DNA of 64,000 bases from the human T2T-CHM13v2.0 reference genome, Homo sapiens. The DNA is taken from assembly GCF_009914755.1 (NCBI RefSeq), contig NC_060931.1; one strand, 5' to 3'. The notes beneath the pieces were generated by a model. It was not told the origin of the DNA, did not search any database, and worked only from the letters and a program-made list of their open reading frames with translations. A program made the position numbers and the translations under genes. Of the stretch, positions 1 to 24,068 are shown piece by piece. Positions within the stretch are counted from its first letter, which is position 1; each line of letters opens with the position of its first letter.

Positions 1-609
1 GGAAGGGCTTCTTCCCCACTCTTGACTCCAGGCTTAGCTATGTGACTTACTTTGGCCAAGAGAATGTGGCAAAATGACAGTACTTTTTGTTTGTTTGTTT
101 TTGAGACAGCATCTTGCTCTGTTGCCCAGGCTGGAGTGTGGTGGCACGATCTCAGCTCACTGCAACTCCACCTCCTGGGTTCAAGTGGTTCTCATGCCTC
201 AGCCTCCCGAGTAGCTGGGATTACAGGCACACACCACCACACCTGGCTAATTTTTAGTATTTTTAGTAGAGATGGGGTTTCACCATGTTGCCCAGGCTGG
301 CCTCGAACTCCTGAGCTCAGGCAATCCACCCGCCTCAGCCTCCCAAAGTGCTAGAATTACGGGCGTGAGCCACCCTGCAGCGGGCCAACAGTGCATGTTT
401 CTACCTGGCTTTTACCTCCGCCAATGCCACAACAGACTTGTTAGTGATCTGGTAGCAGGAAAAGGATGAGAGACATATGGAACAAAGCCAGGCCCCAGCT
501 AAGCCCAGACTAAATCCACCAACCCACAGGCAAACTCATGAGAAATAATTATCATTTTAAGCCCTTGAGTTTTGGGAGGATTTGTTATCAGTAATAGCTA
601 ACTATTACA
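1..609 (+). mobile_element. MLT1-family (ERVL-MaLR) LTR, interrupted by an Alu
   Basis: MLT1-like motifs 'ttgactccaggcttagctatgtgacttactttggcca' and 3' end 'ttttaagcccttgagttttggg..tttgttatcagtaatagctaactattaca'. Confidence 0.7.
84..386 (-). mobile_element. Alu (AluS-like)
   Basis: Antisense Alu dimer with T-rich tail. Confidence 0.95.
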
Positions 610-614
610 GACAC

Positions 615-940
615 AATGCTGCTTCATGCTTTTGGACGTGCTGTTTCCTCTGCTTAAACATGTCCCCTACTCTCACCCCCACATGACTTGGAAAATTGTT
701 CTTAATCTCTCAAAGCCCAACTCAGAGATCATCCTTCCTGGAAAACTTCTTGGATTCCCTGCAAAAAAGTAATCCATTCCTCTTTTCCTACAGACTTTAA
801 CTGTTGAACTGCCATATTTGTATTAACTTGTCTTTATCTCTTACTAGATAGGGAACTTACGAGAGCACAGACTTTGTCTCAAATCTCACCCCAGGGCAGC
901 ACAATCAGAGTGGACACTCAGGAAATATTTGCAGAATACA
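615..940 (+). mobile_element. L2 3' fragment
   Basis: Degenerate L2 3'-end motifs ('gtgctgtttcctctgc', 'cactcaggaaatatttgcagaata'). Confidence 0.5.
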
Positions 941-1399
941 AAGGGCTGGGCTGGAAGTTGGGGGAAGGTGATTATCAGAGACATTCGTCAGCTTTGGCTC
1001 TAGCCCTGGAATGGTGCCTGGAACGTGGCCCAATCCCCATGACAAAAGAAGAGACTATGGGCTCCAGCCTGTAGTCTGGATTTCCCTGCCAATCAAAGTG
1101 GTCATGGAGAGGAACAGCCTCTGCCATTACTGTTTAGCACAATGAAACTGTTTAGAGGAGAGCCTTACCTTCAGGAAATTCCAACGAGCCTGTTTTATTG
1201 TTACCCTCCAACAGTAATGACTCCCGTAGGATTAAACAGAGTGTAAAGTAATTGCTAAAACATCCCCTGCCGTGGACAGAGAAACCTGCACAAGACGTAA
1301 TGCTCCCACTTCACTTGGGAGGGAGGGGGCTTGCTCATGGAAACAAAATGTGTCATTAGAGCTTTACAGAGTAGGAAGAGGCAGCAGTGGGAGGAAAAA

Positions 1400-1530
1400 T
1401 GCAATGCAATACAGAAGAAAGAGTCCAGACTTTGGAAATGGATCCGCTCCAGTTGAAATCCCAACCACACCCCAGGTCGCTTCATGCCTCTGAATCCTGG
1501 TTTGCTCATCTGTAATACCGAAATATAAAA
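1400..1530 (+). mobile_element. MIR fragment
   Basis: MIR core-like 'cctctgaatcctggtttgctcatctgtaa'. Confidence 0.55.
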
Positions 1531-1533
1531 CAT

Positions 1534-2330
<797 letters not shown>

Positions 2331-2497
2331 GGAGAAGAAATGTAAAACATCTCTCTTCTAAAGATTGTTGCGATGATAAAACAGATAATTCATGTGAAAA
2401 TGGCTGGTGCAGAGAAGCAGCTTTGGTAATTGGTTTCCTTTTCTCCTGCAGAAGTTTGGAGGAAAAACATACCTGAACAAATATGTCAAAATTAGAG

Positions 2498-3494
<997 letters not shown>

Positions 3495-3928
3495 TTATCA
3501 CCAGGGTAGACCCATGTGGCTGGATTCTGGCTGGCAGGCAGGAACCCACAACCATCTCTCTCTTGAAGGTTTGGCTTCATGAACCGGTGACCTGTGCAAT
3601 CACACGGGGTCCTGTCAATTTTAAACAAGGGGTAACAGGTTTTTATTTTGTACCTGGCCTTGCAATTACGAAGCAAGCCCTGCTAGCTTGTTCTTCATTC
3701 CCTATGGATAAGGAGCATGATAGCTTTTCTCCAAGAACTCCTGTCTCCTAAGAAAGATGCATATATCTCACAGGGCCCAGACCACTGGGAAATTCAAGCC
3801 TGAAGTTTCCTGGAGCCGTCATTACCACACAAAATCTCTAGGACGGGTCCCTCATGTGTATAGGTAGGGGAGGACAATAAGGCTATTAGACAGAATACCT
3901 TCAACTGCAAATAAAGAATATGGGGCCA

Positions 3929-4244
<316 letters not shown>

Positions 4245-4250
4245 TCAGAC

Positions 4251-4789
4251 CAGGGGTCCCCAACCCCTGAGCCATGGACTGGTTGTTCCCTTCTTTGTGT
4301 CCATGTGGTCCTTGCAAAAACCAGGCTGCACAGCAGGAGGCGAGCAGTGGGCAGGTGAGCAAAGCTTCATCTGTATTCACAGCTGCTCCCCATCACTCGG
4401 ATAACCACCTGAGCTCCACCTCCTGTCAGATCAGTGGCAGCATTAGAGTCTCACAGGTGTGTAAACCCTACTGTGAACTGTGCATGCGAGGGATCTAGTT
4501 TGTACACTCCTTATGAGAATCTAATGCCTGATGATCTGTCACTGTCTCTTATCACCTCCAGATGGGACTGTCTAGTTGCAGGAAAACAAGCTCAGGGCTC
4601 TCACTGATTTACATTATGGTGAGTTGTATAATTATGTCATTATCTATTACAATGTAATAATAGAAATAAAGTGTACAATTAATGTAATGCACTTGAATCA
4701 TCCTGAAATCATTCCCCCCACCCCTGGTCCATGAAAACATTATCTTCCACAAAACTGGTCCCTGGTGCCAGAAAGGTTGGGGACCGCTG
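4251..4789 (+). mobile_element. MER1A (hAT-Charlie) non-autonomous DNA transposon
   Basis: TIRs caggggtccccaacc...ggttggggaccgctg; 8-bp TSD cctcagac/ccttagaa; typical MER1 body. Confidence 0.9.
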
Positions 4790-4989
4790 CCTTAGAAAAT
4801 AGAGACATTTAGTTGTTTCAGCCAACTAGAAACCTGCAGAAAAGTCCTTCCTGGGTGATTCTGCATCTCTGCCACACTCCTTGCCTTGACTTAGTGATCA
4901 CAATAAGGTTGCAGCTCCTCTAAACACCAGATCTGCCTACACCACCATCCAGAGAGGGAAGGGAAGAAGGGGACTCTCTTCCCACATCT

Positions 4990-5126
4990 ATTTTTTTGAA
5001 ATTTTTTGTAGAGCTGGAGTCTTGCTATGTTGCCCAGGCTGGCCTCAAACTCCTGGCCTCAAGTGATCCTCCCACCTTGGCCCCCTAAAGTGCTGGGATT
5101 ACAGACATGAGCCTCTGTACCTGGCC
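4990..5126 (-). mobile_element. Alu left monomer (FLAM-like)
   Basis: Single antisense monomer, TSD acatct. Confidence 0.9.
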
Positions 5127-5539
5127 AACATCTCTCTGCTTTTATGAGAGGAGGACATCTTTTCCAGAAGTTCCCCCAACAAATTGCTCTTTGGGTTTCA
5201 TTTATCCAGAACTGGAACGTATGGCCACGGCTAGCTACCAAGGAGGCTACTGGGCAATAACAAATCTGCCATTGAGGACTGAGATGACTGTGGCCACTTT
5301 ATGTGATCTGAGCAACGGTGGGCTGTGTAAGCAAGGAAGAAGGAAGAATGGCCAAGCGAATGGCCTTAAACTTAGTTGCCCTCCCAGCCCCATAGCTAAT
5401 CCTGCCTTCATATGGCTTACTTCATTCACTACTCATTGCTGTCCAAAGCCTTTCTGGAACAGACATTGTGTGTGGTGTAAGGGCACTTCATCATTCCAAG
5501 AAAACAGCTCAACATGGAGGTCTCAGGCCCCCAGTTTTA

Positions 5540-6043
<504 letters not shown>

Positions 6044-6092
6044 TTAACTCTTGCTAATACTCATGCAATTATAAAATACGTAAGATTATTCT

Positions 6093-6716
<624 letters not shown>

Positions 6717-6824
6717 AAGATTTTTCCCTACTGCTATAGAACTAGTCCCTAACACCACAAATGGCACATAGTAAGCACTGAAAGATTTGTTCAGCAAATG
6801 AATTTTTATAAAAAGAGTATTGGT

Positions 6825-7127
6825 GGCCGGGAGCAGTGGCTCATGCCTATAATCCCAGTACTTTGGGAGGCCGAGGTGGGAGGATTGCTTGAGTCCAGGA
6901 GTTTGAGACCAGCCTGAGCAACGAAGGGAGACTCCATCTCTACAAATAATTTAAAAATTAGCTGGGCATTATGGGGGTGCACCTGTGGTTCCAGCTACAA
7001 GGCAGGCTGAGGCAAGAGGATCACCTAAGCCTGGAAGGTCAAGGCTGCAGTGAGCCATGTGATCACACCATTGCACTCCAACCTGGGCAACAGACCAAGA
7101 CCCGGTCTCAAAAAAAAAAAAAAAAAA
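6825..7127 (+). mobile_element. Alu (AluJ-like)
   Basis: Alu consensus. Confidence 0.95.
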
Positions 7128-7752
7128 TGTCCCTGGGAAAGGCACTACCAACTTTTGCCAGGGGATTGGTGTTCTCCTGGGAAAGGAAGGTCTTGTGGGA
7201 ACTAAAGACCTGATGAGAAATAGAAAGAGTAAGGAACAGGCTGAGAGGCCCCAAACACAGATTTTCCTACTTTGCAATTTTGTCTCTAAAAATCACATCC
7301 AGAGGGATCAGGAAAGTGTAACCGAGAGTGTCACCACCTCGAAGATAGTTGTGTTTTCCTTGAGTTGACAGAACAAGGGTGGAAATGTAATATAGAATTG
7401 TGTTGAGTCATATTAAATTAGGGCAGAATTCAGATCCTGGCATGGAACTTAAGATAATAACAGTCTATTGATTCGTGAATTGCATTCAGCCTGAATCGGG
7501 TCTGTCAGCCTAAAGCTGGATTTTGGCAATGGCATTATTTTCAGTAACATGGCACTTGAATATCAATATCAATAACATTCACCTGTAGAGAAGAAAAAAT
7601 TAAACACCAACTACCATGACCCATAAGAATGATGGACCTCCCAATATATGCCATTAGGCAGGAAGGTCCTACAGGTCTGTGGCCCGGGGAGCCTGGGCTT
7701 CATCCCCTTGGGGAGGCTATAGCGTTGCTGCAGTGACCTCTGGAATATTTCA

Positions 7753-9543
<1,791 letters not shown>

Positions 9544-9639
9544 TCAAACATCACTCTCCTCTAAATGTTAAGCCTGGAATTCAACCCTTGATGCTGTATT
9601 CCCTCATTGGTGGTGCACGCATTCTGTTCTAACCTCAGC

Positions 9640-10982
<1,343 letters not shown>

Positions 10983-11093
10983 AAACATGTGCTGCCTTTG
11001 CCAGTGCAAATACAGCTAAGCATGCAAGCCACAGAGCCCCTGAGTCTGTCTTTCTCCCTTTCAAGAGGAGACACTGAAGGAAGTAGTGACATT

Positions 11094-11439
<346 letters not shown>

Positions 11440-12688
11440 TGAAATTTTGCCTGCCCCAAATGCCAAACTAACTTATTACTACCAGGTTGGAGCTTCCCAT
11501 CCCCAGCTCCAACCACGTAATGATAAACACATCAGCACCAAATGTAAACTATTGTCTCAATGACATTATAAACCCAAGGACATTGTTAAACAGGATACTC
11601 ATTTCGTATTCCCCACATCTAGCACCTATTAAACTGCCAAGAACTTACATGGTGCTCAATAAATACTTGTTCAGTTTAATTAACTGGTTAATTTAAATAT
11701 TAACTATAATGTATCCAATTCAAAAAACCACAAACTTTTAATGAACACTCACTTTAAGCCAAGCTCTTAAGAAATAGCAATGAAAAAAGCATAATCCTTG
11801 GCCTCTAGAAGCTGTCAAAGGTAGGGGGAAGACAAAAAAACTAAAACTATTTCATCATAAAATTGAAATTCTATAATAGAAGTAAGAGAAAAGTTCTATG
11901 GAAACTTTAAGTAATGAGTGTTTTTGAGTATCAATGTGCGTGTTGTGGGATTGGGAGGTAATAATGTTAAGAATGGAGTTTGTAGAAGAGATGTTTGATC
12001 CACCATTAGTTGGTAGTTAGACACCAGCAGAGAAGAAGAAGTAAATTTAGGCAAAGTAAAACTGTGAAAACAAAAGGAAGTTAGGGAGAGGGTCACAAAG
12101 GGGACACAGGAAAATTTCAGGATTATGGAATTATTTTTTATGACACTGGGGAAATGTACACAGTTTGCTATGTATTTGTCAAAACCTATAGAACTTAATT
12201 TCACAAAGAGTAAACTTCAATGGATGCAGATTAAAAAAAAAAAAAACAGAAGATGGGGGTATCCCAGAATGAAATGCAGACTGTGACAAAAGGGTCTAAA
12301 TGTTTTACAAAGTTGTGAAGTGGTTTGGGGAAAAAAGAGCTGATCTAAATAACTTTGGAAAATGCAAGGCTAAAAACAAATGGAAATCTACATAAACACT
12401 ATACTCCAGTTGGTGAAGTTGTTTCTCATAGGATTATAGGTTAAAATTTCTGAACCTATTTTACATGCATACTGGAGATAAACTAATAAGCAAATAGAGG
12501 GTGGATGGTGGGAGATGAGTTTATCACTATTGTCAAGGGAAATTACGGATAAGCAGGAGGGAAGGACTAGACTAAACCATGTGGTGCTGGATTAGAGTCA
12601 GAGATATCAGCATGAATTCATGTTTAACTGAATAGGGAAACAAATGGATAAATACAGAAGCTATGGTAGATAGGTTGTATAAACATGG

Positions 12689-13053
12689 TGATATGGTTTA
12701 GCCCTGTGTCCCCACCCAAATCTCATCTTGAATTATACTCCCATAATCCCCACGTGTTGTGGGAGTGACCCAGTGGGAGATAATTGAATTGTGGTGACAG
12801 TTTCTCCCATACTGTTCTAGTGGTAGTGAATAAGTCTCACGAGATCTGATGATTTGATAAGGGGAAACCCGTTTCACTTGATGCTCATTCTCTCTCTTCC
12901 CTGCTGCGATGTAAGACGTGCCTTTCACCTTCCACCACGATTGTGAGGCCTCCTCAGCCACATGGAATTGTGAGTCGAATTAAAAGTCTTTCTTTTGCAA
13001 ATTACCCAGTCTCAGGTATGTCCTTATCAGCAGTGTGAAAACGAACTAATACA
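12689..13053 (+). mobile_element. THE1B-type solo LTR (MaLR)
   Basis: tgatatggtt...gaactaataca, 365 bp; 5-bp TSD catgg/catga. Confidence 0.92.
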
Positions 13054-13280
13054 CATGAGTTAGTACACACACATATTTTCTAGTTCTGTCAGCTTTTTGG
13101 GCCTAGAGGCAGTGATATCCCTGTAGAAATGAGCACATTAAGTGTTCAGATCTTGGTCTCTAATACCATTCTGCAATAAAAGGAAGCATAGCACCTTGCA
13201 GATATGACTGAAGCTAGGGCTGTGGCAGGGAAGATACAAGATGAAACTGAAACTTTTATGGTGCTAGAAAGTAAGAAAGT

Positions 13281-13741
13281 GGCTGGATGAGGCAGCTCAG
13301 GCCTGTAATCCCAACACTTTGGGAGGCTGAAGTGGGCAGATCACTTGAGCTCAGGAGTTCAAGACCTGCCTGGGCAACATGGTGAAATCTCGTCTCTACA
13401 AAAAAATACAAAAATTTGCCAGGGTTGGTGGCGTGCACCTGTTGTCCCAGCTACTTGGGGGTGCTGAGGCAGGAGGATCACTTCAGTCTGGGAGGTCAAG
13501 GCTGCAGTGAGCCATGTTCATGCCACTGCACTCCAGCCTGGGTGAAAAAGTGAGATCTCATCTCAAAAACAATTTTTTTTTAATTATCCAGAGGCATGCG
13601 CCTGTAGTCCCAGGCACTTGGAAGGCTGAGGTGGGAGCATCGTTTGAGCCCAGGAGTTCAAGCCTGCAGTGAGCTATCATTGCACCACTGCACTCCAGCC
13701 TGGGTGACAGAGCAAGACCCCATCTCAAAATAAACAAAAAA
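13281..13741 (+). mobile_element. AluJ-like dimer plus extra right monomer (L-R-R)
   Basis: Single TSD agaaagtaagaaag (13266-13279/13742-13755) encloses all three monomers. Confidence 0.9.
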
Positions 13742-13901
13742 AGAAAGTAAGAAAGGACTCAAAAAACAAAAGGATAGAGCATGTCAAACTCTGAAAGATT
13801 CTAAATGGCCAAAGCTGCAACAACTTAAACAACAAAATAAATAGCCTAGTATTGGATTATAACCCAAAGTATACAAGAAACAACCGTGAGTCCATACTGA
13901 T

Positions 13902-13987
13902 TGTATTAGTCCATTTCCTCCCCTCCACACATGGGGATTACAAATCAAAATGAGATTTGGGTGGGGACACAGAGCCAAACCATACTA
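13902..13987 (-). mobile_element. Internally deleted mini THE1D-type LTR
   Basis: Both LTR termini present; TSD ctgat (13897-13901/13988-13992). Confidence 0.85.
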
Positions 13988-14081
13988 CTGATTTAAGTAA
14001 ACGACTGAGTAAAATAATTGTGGGCCTTAGAGACAAATCTTCCTTACAGAAGAATGAAAGAAGTATACAAAGGGGAAAAAT

Positions 14082-14399
14082 CGGCAGGGTGGGTTAGCTC
14101 ATGCCTGTAATCCCAGCACTTTGGGACACCAAAGTGAAAGGATCACTTGAGCCCAGAAGTTGGAGACCAGCCCGGCAACAGAGTGAGACCCTGTCTCTAC
14201 AAAGCCTTCTTAAAAATTAGCTGGACGTGATGGCACATGCCTGTAGTCCCAGCTACTTGGGAAGCTGAGGTGGGAGGATCATTTGAGCCTGAGAGGCTGA
14301 GGCTTCAGTGAGCAGTAATTACGCCACTACACTCTAGCCTGGGTGAGACAGCAAGTCATGTCTCAAAAAAAAAAAAAAAAAAAAAAAAAGAAAAGAAAA
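14082..14399 (+). mobile_element. Alu (AluJ-like)
   Basis: Alu consensus. Confidence 0.95.
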
Positions 14400-15181
14400 C
14401 GAGGGAGTGGGGAGAAAAATAAGGTAACATTACAGAGAAGAAATCTGGCAAGCAGCAAACACTTCTTTTACCTGATGATCGAGATCAAGGTTAGTGTCAG
14501 TGATACGTCATGTTAATAGTACATACCTTTCGTGTGATGTGACGAAAATGGAATTTCATCTCTATAGTCTTCCTTCCAAAATCCCAAAGCTCAACCTAGC
14601 CATAAGAAAAACATCAGACAAGCCCACACTGAGAGAATTCTACAGAATACCCAGCAGTATTCCTCAAGACTGTCAAGGTTATCAAACACAAGAAAAGACT
14701 TGAAAACTGTCACAGATCAGAAGAAACAAAGGACAGATGACAATTCAGTGTAATGTGGTGTCTTGGATGGAATCCTGAAAAAGAAAGAAAACATCAGTGA
14801 AAAAAAAAACCTACTGAAATCTGAGAAAGCTGGAAGTTTAGTTAATGGTAATATACCAGTGTTGGTTTCTCAGCTGTAACAAATGTACCATGGTAATGTC
14901 AGACTATATATAACTATTCCATTATATAACTATAATGGAAACTAGATGGGGGGAGGTATATGGGAGCTCTCAGAACTAACCCTGAAATGTTTCTATACAT
15001 CTAAAATTATTCTAAAACAACAAGGATTTTGTTTGTTTTTAATACAGGACAAATTGAAAAAAGTAAGAAATCTGGCATGGTTAGCATATCAGTTGACTGG
15101 CACAATGAGAGGAGATGAGGCTTGATGGTGTTTGGGGTCAGATTCTAGGAGCTCTGTAAACTGTATCAGTTAGGAACATGA

Positions 15182-15926
<745 letters not shown>

Positions 15927-16124
15927 GTTTTTGATTTTCATTTTCATAATTGTAAAATGGTCACACTATAGGAGCATTTTTGCAGGAAAAGGAAAAAGTG
16001 AATCAGAAAGGACCAAAGGAGCCTGATGGGTGAATCTGTCTCCTCTCTGACACTTTCCCATAAGCCCCACCCTGCACACTTCGACTTCTTCTCATTGGCC
16101 AGAAGGGATCACATGGCCATTTCT

Positions 16125-16422
<298 letters not shown>

Positions 16423-16622
16423 ACATGAATATTCCTTACTGCAAGAAAGCCTAGGAACGCTAATTTTCCTTACTGGACACAATGACTCTCCAAACAAAAT
16501 CAGTATCCTGTTTGTAAGGAGGAAGAGAGGGATATTGAGAAGTTGACTCTGTAGTAGTATAGTTACACAGGCAGAGATAAATTACTTTTATTTGATCCTA
16601 TGGGCAGAACGGAGTTTCATAC

Positions 16623-16900
16623 TTTTCTTTTTTTCACTGTGTCACCCAGGCTGGAGTGCAGCAGCCCAATCTCAGCTCACTGCAACTTCTGCCCCCCGGG
16701 TTCAAGCAGTTCTTGTTCCTAAGCCTCCTGAGTAGCTGGGATTACAGGTGCGTGTCACCACATCCGGCTCATTTTTGTATTTTTAATAGAGAGGGAGTTT
16801 CATCATGTTGGCCAGGCTGGTATCAAACTCCTGATCTCAGATGATCCACCTACCGTGGCCCCCCAAAGTGCTGGGATTACAGGCGTGAGCCACCACAGCC
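16623..16900 (-). mobile_element. Alu (AluS-like)
   Basis: Alu consensus. Confidence 0.95.
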
Positions 16901-16989
16901 TGTGACTTTTAGACATTTTTAAGCAAAGAAATAACATGATCACACGTTTGTTTTAGAAAGATCACTCTGGCCACTCTATCCATAAGATA

Positions 16990-17445
<456 letters not shown>

Positions 17446-17600
17446 GCTTACAGGTTAAATCAGAGGGTGAAGAGAAAAGAGGAAGAGGGACCGATTAGGC
17501 AGTTTTTGAAGTTGTCTGAAGAGAGGCATAGCAAAGGCTCAAACCACACAGATAGTGTGGAATAGGAATTAGTGGGGAATTGGATTAAAGAGGCAAGGCA

Positions 17601-17906
17601 GGCCGGGTGCAGTGGCTCATGCCTATAATCCCAGCACTTTGGGAGGCGAAGGCCGGTGGATCATTTGAGGTCTGCAGTTGAAGACCAGCCTGGCTAACAT
17701 GGCGAAACCCTGCCTCTACTAAAACTACAAAAATTAGCTGGGCATAGTGGCGCATGCCTGTAATCCCACTACCCGGAAGGCTGAGGCAGTAGGATCACTT
17801 GAGCCCAGGAGAGAGAGGTTGCAGTGAGCCGAGATCGTGCCACTGCACTCCAGCCTGGGCAACAGAGTGAGACTCTGTCTCAAAAAAAAAAAAAAAAAAA
17901 AAAAAA
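17601..17906 (+). mobile_element. Alu (AluS-like)
   Basis: Alu consensus. Confidence 0.95.
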
Positions 17907-17911
17907 GACAC

Positions 17912-18460
<549 letters not shown>

Positions 18461-18547
18461 AGAAAGAGAGAGACAATCAACAGGACTCAGTGTTTAATTA
18501 GAAAGGTTATTTAGATTGGTTGGGAGAATTAAAGAAGTCAAAGATTA

Positions 18548-19157
18548 CTGAGATGCAGTAGCTCAAGCCTGCAAACCCAGTACTTTGGGAGGCTGAGGAG
18601 GGAGGACTGCTTGAGCCCAGGAGTTCGAGACCCAGCTTGACAACATAGTGAGACCCACCCCCCATCTCCACAACAAACAAAAATACTAGCCTCTCATGGT
18701 AGTACACTCCCATGGTCCCAGCTACTCAGGAGGCTGAGATGGGAGGATCACTTGGGTCCAGAAGGTTGAAGCTGCCATGAGCCATGATCTGTACTCCAGT
18801 CTGGGCAACACAGACCCTGTCTCAAAAACAAACAAACAACAATGACAAAAAAACAGGCCGGGCGCAGTGGCTCATGTCTGTAATCCCAACACTTTGGGAG
18901 GCCGAGGCAGGTGAATCACTTGAAGCCAGGAGTTCAAAACCAGCCTGGCCAACATGGCGAAACCCTGTCTCTACCAAAAAAGACAAAAATTAGCCAGGCA
19001 TGGTGGCACACGCCTATAATCCCAGCTACTGGGGAGGCTGAGGCATGAGAATCACTTGAACCTGGGAGGCAGAGGTTGCAGTAAGCTTACATCAAGCCAC
19101 TGCACTCCAGCCTGGGTGATAGAGAGAGACTGTCTCAAAAAAAAAAAAAAAAAAAAA
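18548..19157 (+). mobile_element. Two tandem Alus (AluJ-like; AluS-like from 18856)
   Basis: Shared outer TSD aagattactga. Confidence 0.95.
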
Positions 19158-19540
19158 AAGATTACTGAATATTTTAATCTTAAGTAACTGAAAGGATGGT
19201 TATGCTGGTAACCAAACAAGGACTATGGGAGAAGCTCTAAGGGGAAGGATCATGACTGTAGCTTGAACCTGCTGAGTGTAGCGGGCCTGAAGTATATCCA
19301 GGTGCCACCTCACAGCAGGTAAAAGGAATTCCAGACCTGACCTCAGTAGAGACACGGGACTGAAGCAGTGAGAGCACACCAAGTACTCGCCAATCTACTC
19401 ACATTCAAAACATTGCAAAATGCTAGAGTCTTCCCATTCCTGTATTCAGTTCAAAACTATTTCATGGGTAAGCACATTTCTGGAAAAAGAAAAAACAACT
19501 ATTTCAAGCATGATGATAAACTTCTCTCAATACAAAACTC

Positions 19541-19838
19541 CTTTTTGTTTTTTTTTGAGGCAGAGTCTTGCTCTGTCGCCCAGGCTGGAGTACAGTGGTG
19601 CGATCTCAGCTCACTGCAACTTCTGCCTCCAGGTTCAAGTGATTCTCCTGCCTCAGCCTCCCAAGAAGCTGGGACTACAGGCGAGCCCTACCATAGCCAG
19701 CTAATTTTTTGTATTTTTAGTAGAGATGGGGTTGCACCATGTTACCCAAGCTGATCTTGAACTCCTGAGTTCAGGCAATCTGCCCATCTCGGCCCCCCAA
19801 AGTGCTAGGATTACAGGCGTGAGCCACCATGACCAGTC
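19541..19838 (-). mobile_element. Alu
   Basis: Alu consensus; TSD acaaa(a/g)ctccttt. Confidence 0.95.
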
Positions 19839-20074
19839 ACAAAGCTCCTTTTAAAAATTATTATGTGACCTACGAGAAATAAAAGTGTTCCAGCCATCTC
19901 AAGTTTCAGTCCTGAAATTAGAATTTGCTTCTTCTGAGAAACAGTGAACTTTACATGTCCAAAGTCAAATCAACCTCTTGGATGACGAATCTTATAATCA
20001 CACTTAAATAATGGCTCAGCAAAGCGTTGTAGGATAAGTTAGTGTAAAAAAAAAAGCAAATTAGAAATCACTTG

Positions 20075-20974
<900 letters not shown>

Positions 20975-21145
20975 TTAGTATGATAGAGAATTATGATATG
21001 CAGGAAACTAAGTTTCTTGAATTAGTGCAGAAATGTTTTTAGTTACACAGTCACTCATCAGCTTGCCAAGACCGTACAATATTTTACAGTAAATAAGTAA
21101 TAAAACATTGAATTAATTCATTTTGTCACCAGTTTATGACTTTAG

Positions 21146-21664
<519 letters not shown>

Positions 21665-22188
21665 TAGCCACGGACTTTCTGCAAAAAACTTGATGATCTA
21701 GTCAGGCCAAACAGAAAGAAATGCTGTAGGCAAGATTACCCCGTTTGTAAAACATCAGCAGAAACAAATCCCACCTATTTACAGGATGACATGTGATGGA
21801 AGCACAATGGAGTCAGCTCTCTTTACAACAAAAGTTTAAAGGCAGTTACCTTGCAGGCAAAGAAAGAACATGTAATTAATTAATGCCAGAGATTGTTGTC
21901 CATAATGAAGAAGACACAATGTACCGCCATTAGCCTCATTTGCATTCGATTCAGAAGACTCTTCTCATGCAAACACACCCGTTTTATTTTAGATTATTAT
22001 TTAGGTGATGGATTAAAACCAGGAAGCTTGAACATAGCAAGAAACATTTTCTTCCAGTGCCTTTCACACATATCCAGTTTGGCATTCTGCATATTGTAGG
22101 CAGCTGAGAACAGTTGAAGATTTTGACCTTGAGATGAGTAATTAGAAGAGAAATCAATTCTAAATCATGAATGTCAACAAATACTTTA

Positions 22189-22591
<403 letters not shown>

Positions 22592-22725
22592 TCATTATCT
22601 GCAAAGTGGGAATATCATAACAGGGCCTACACTATGAACTTGTTCCCAGGATTGAGAGCTTTTGCATCATACTCTGCCCAGGAACTGAAAAAAACATAAG
22701 CAATCAATAAATAGTCCTGTTTATA

Positions 22726-22806
22726 TTGGGTTGGTGCAAAAGTGATTGCAGTTTTTGCAATTTACTTTTAATGGCAAAAACCGCAGTGACTTTTGCACCA
22801 ACCTAT
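22726..22806. mobile_element. MADE1 (Hsmar1-derived mariner MITE)
   Basis: ~80-bp palindrome ttgggttggtgcaaaagtgattgc...gcagtgacttttgcaccaaccta with TA flanks. Confidence 0.95.
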
Positions 22807-22855
22807 AATATTAGTCCTCTTTGGAAATAATTAGAAAATAGCCCTCAGGGGTTGC

Positions 22856-24068
<1,213 letters not shown>

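Larger units (their letters stand above)
12085..15030 (+). mobile_element. Old L1M (L1MC/L1MD-type) 3' UTR, interrupted by THE1 LTRs and Alus
   Basis: 'gaaatgcagactgtgacaaaag','ataagaaaaacatcagacaagccca','tgtaacaaatgtacca','tctaaaattattctaaaa'. Confidence 0.75.

Noticed and set aside
2425-2476. Strong-looking + strand acceptor (tttccttttctcctgcag)
   Set aside because: No matching donor or other exon evidence nearby; isolated sites are common.
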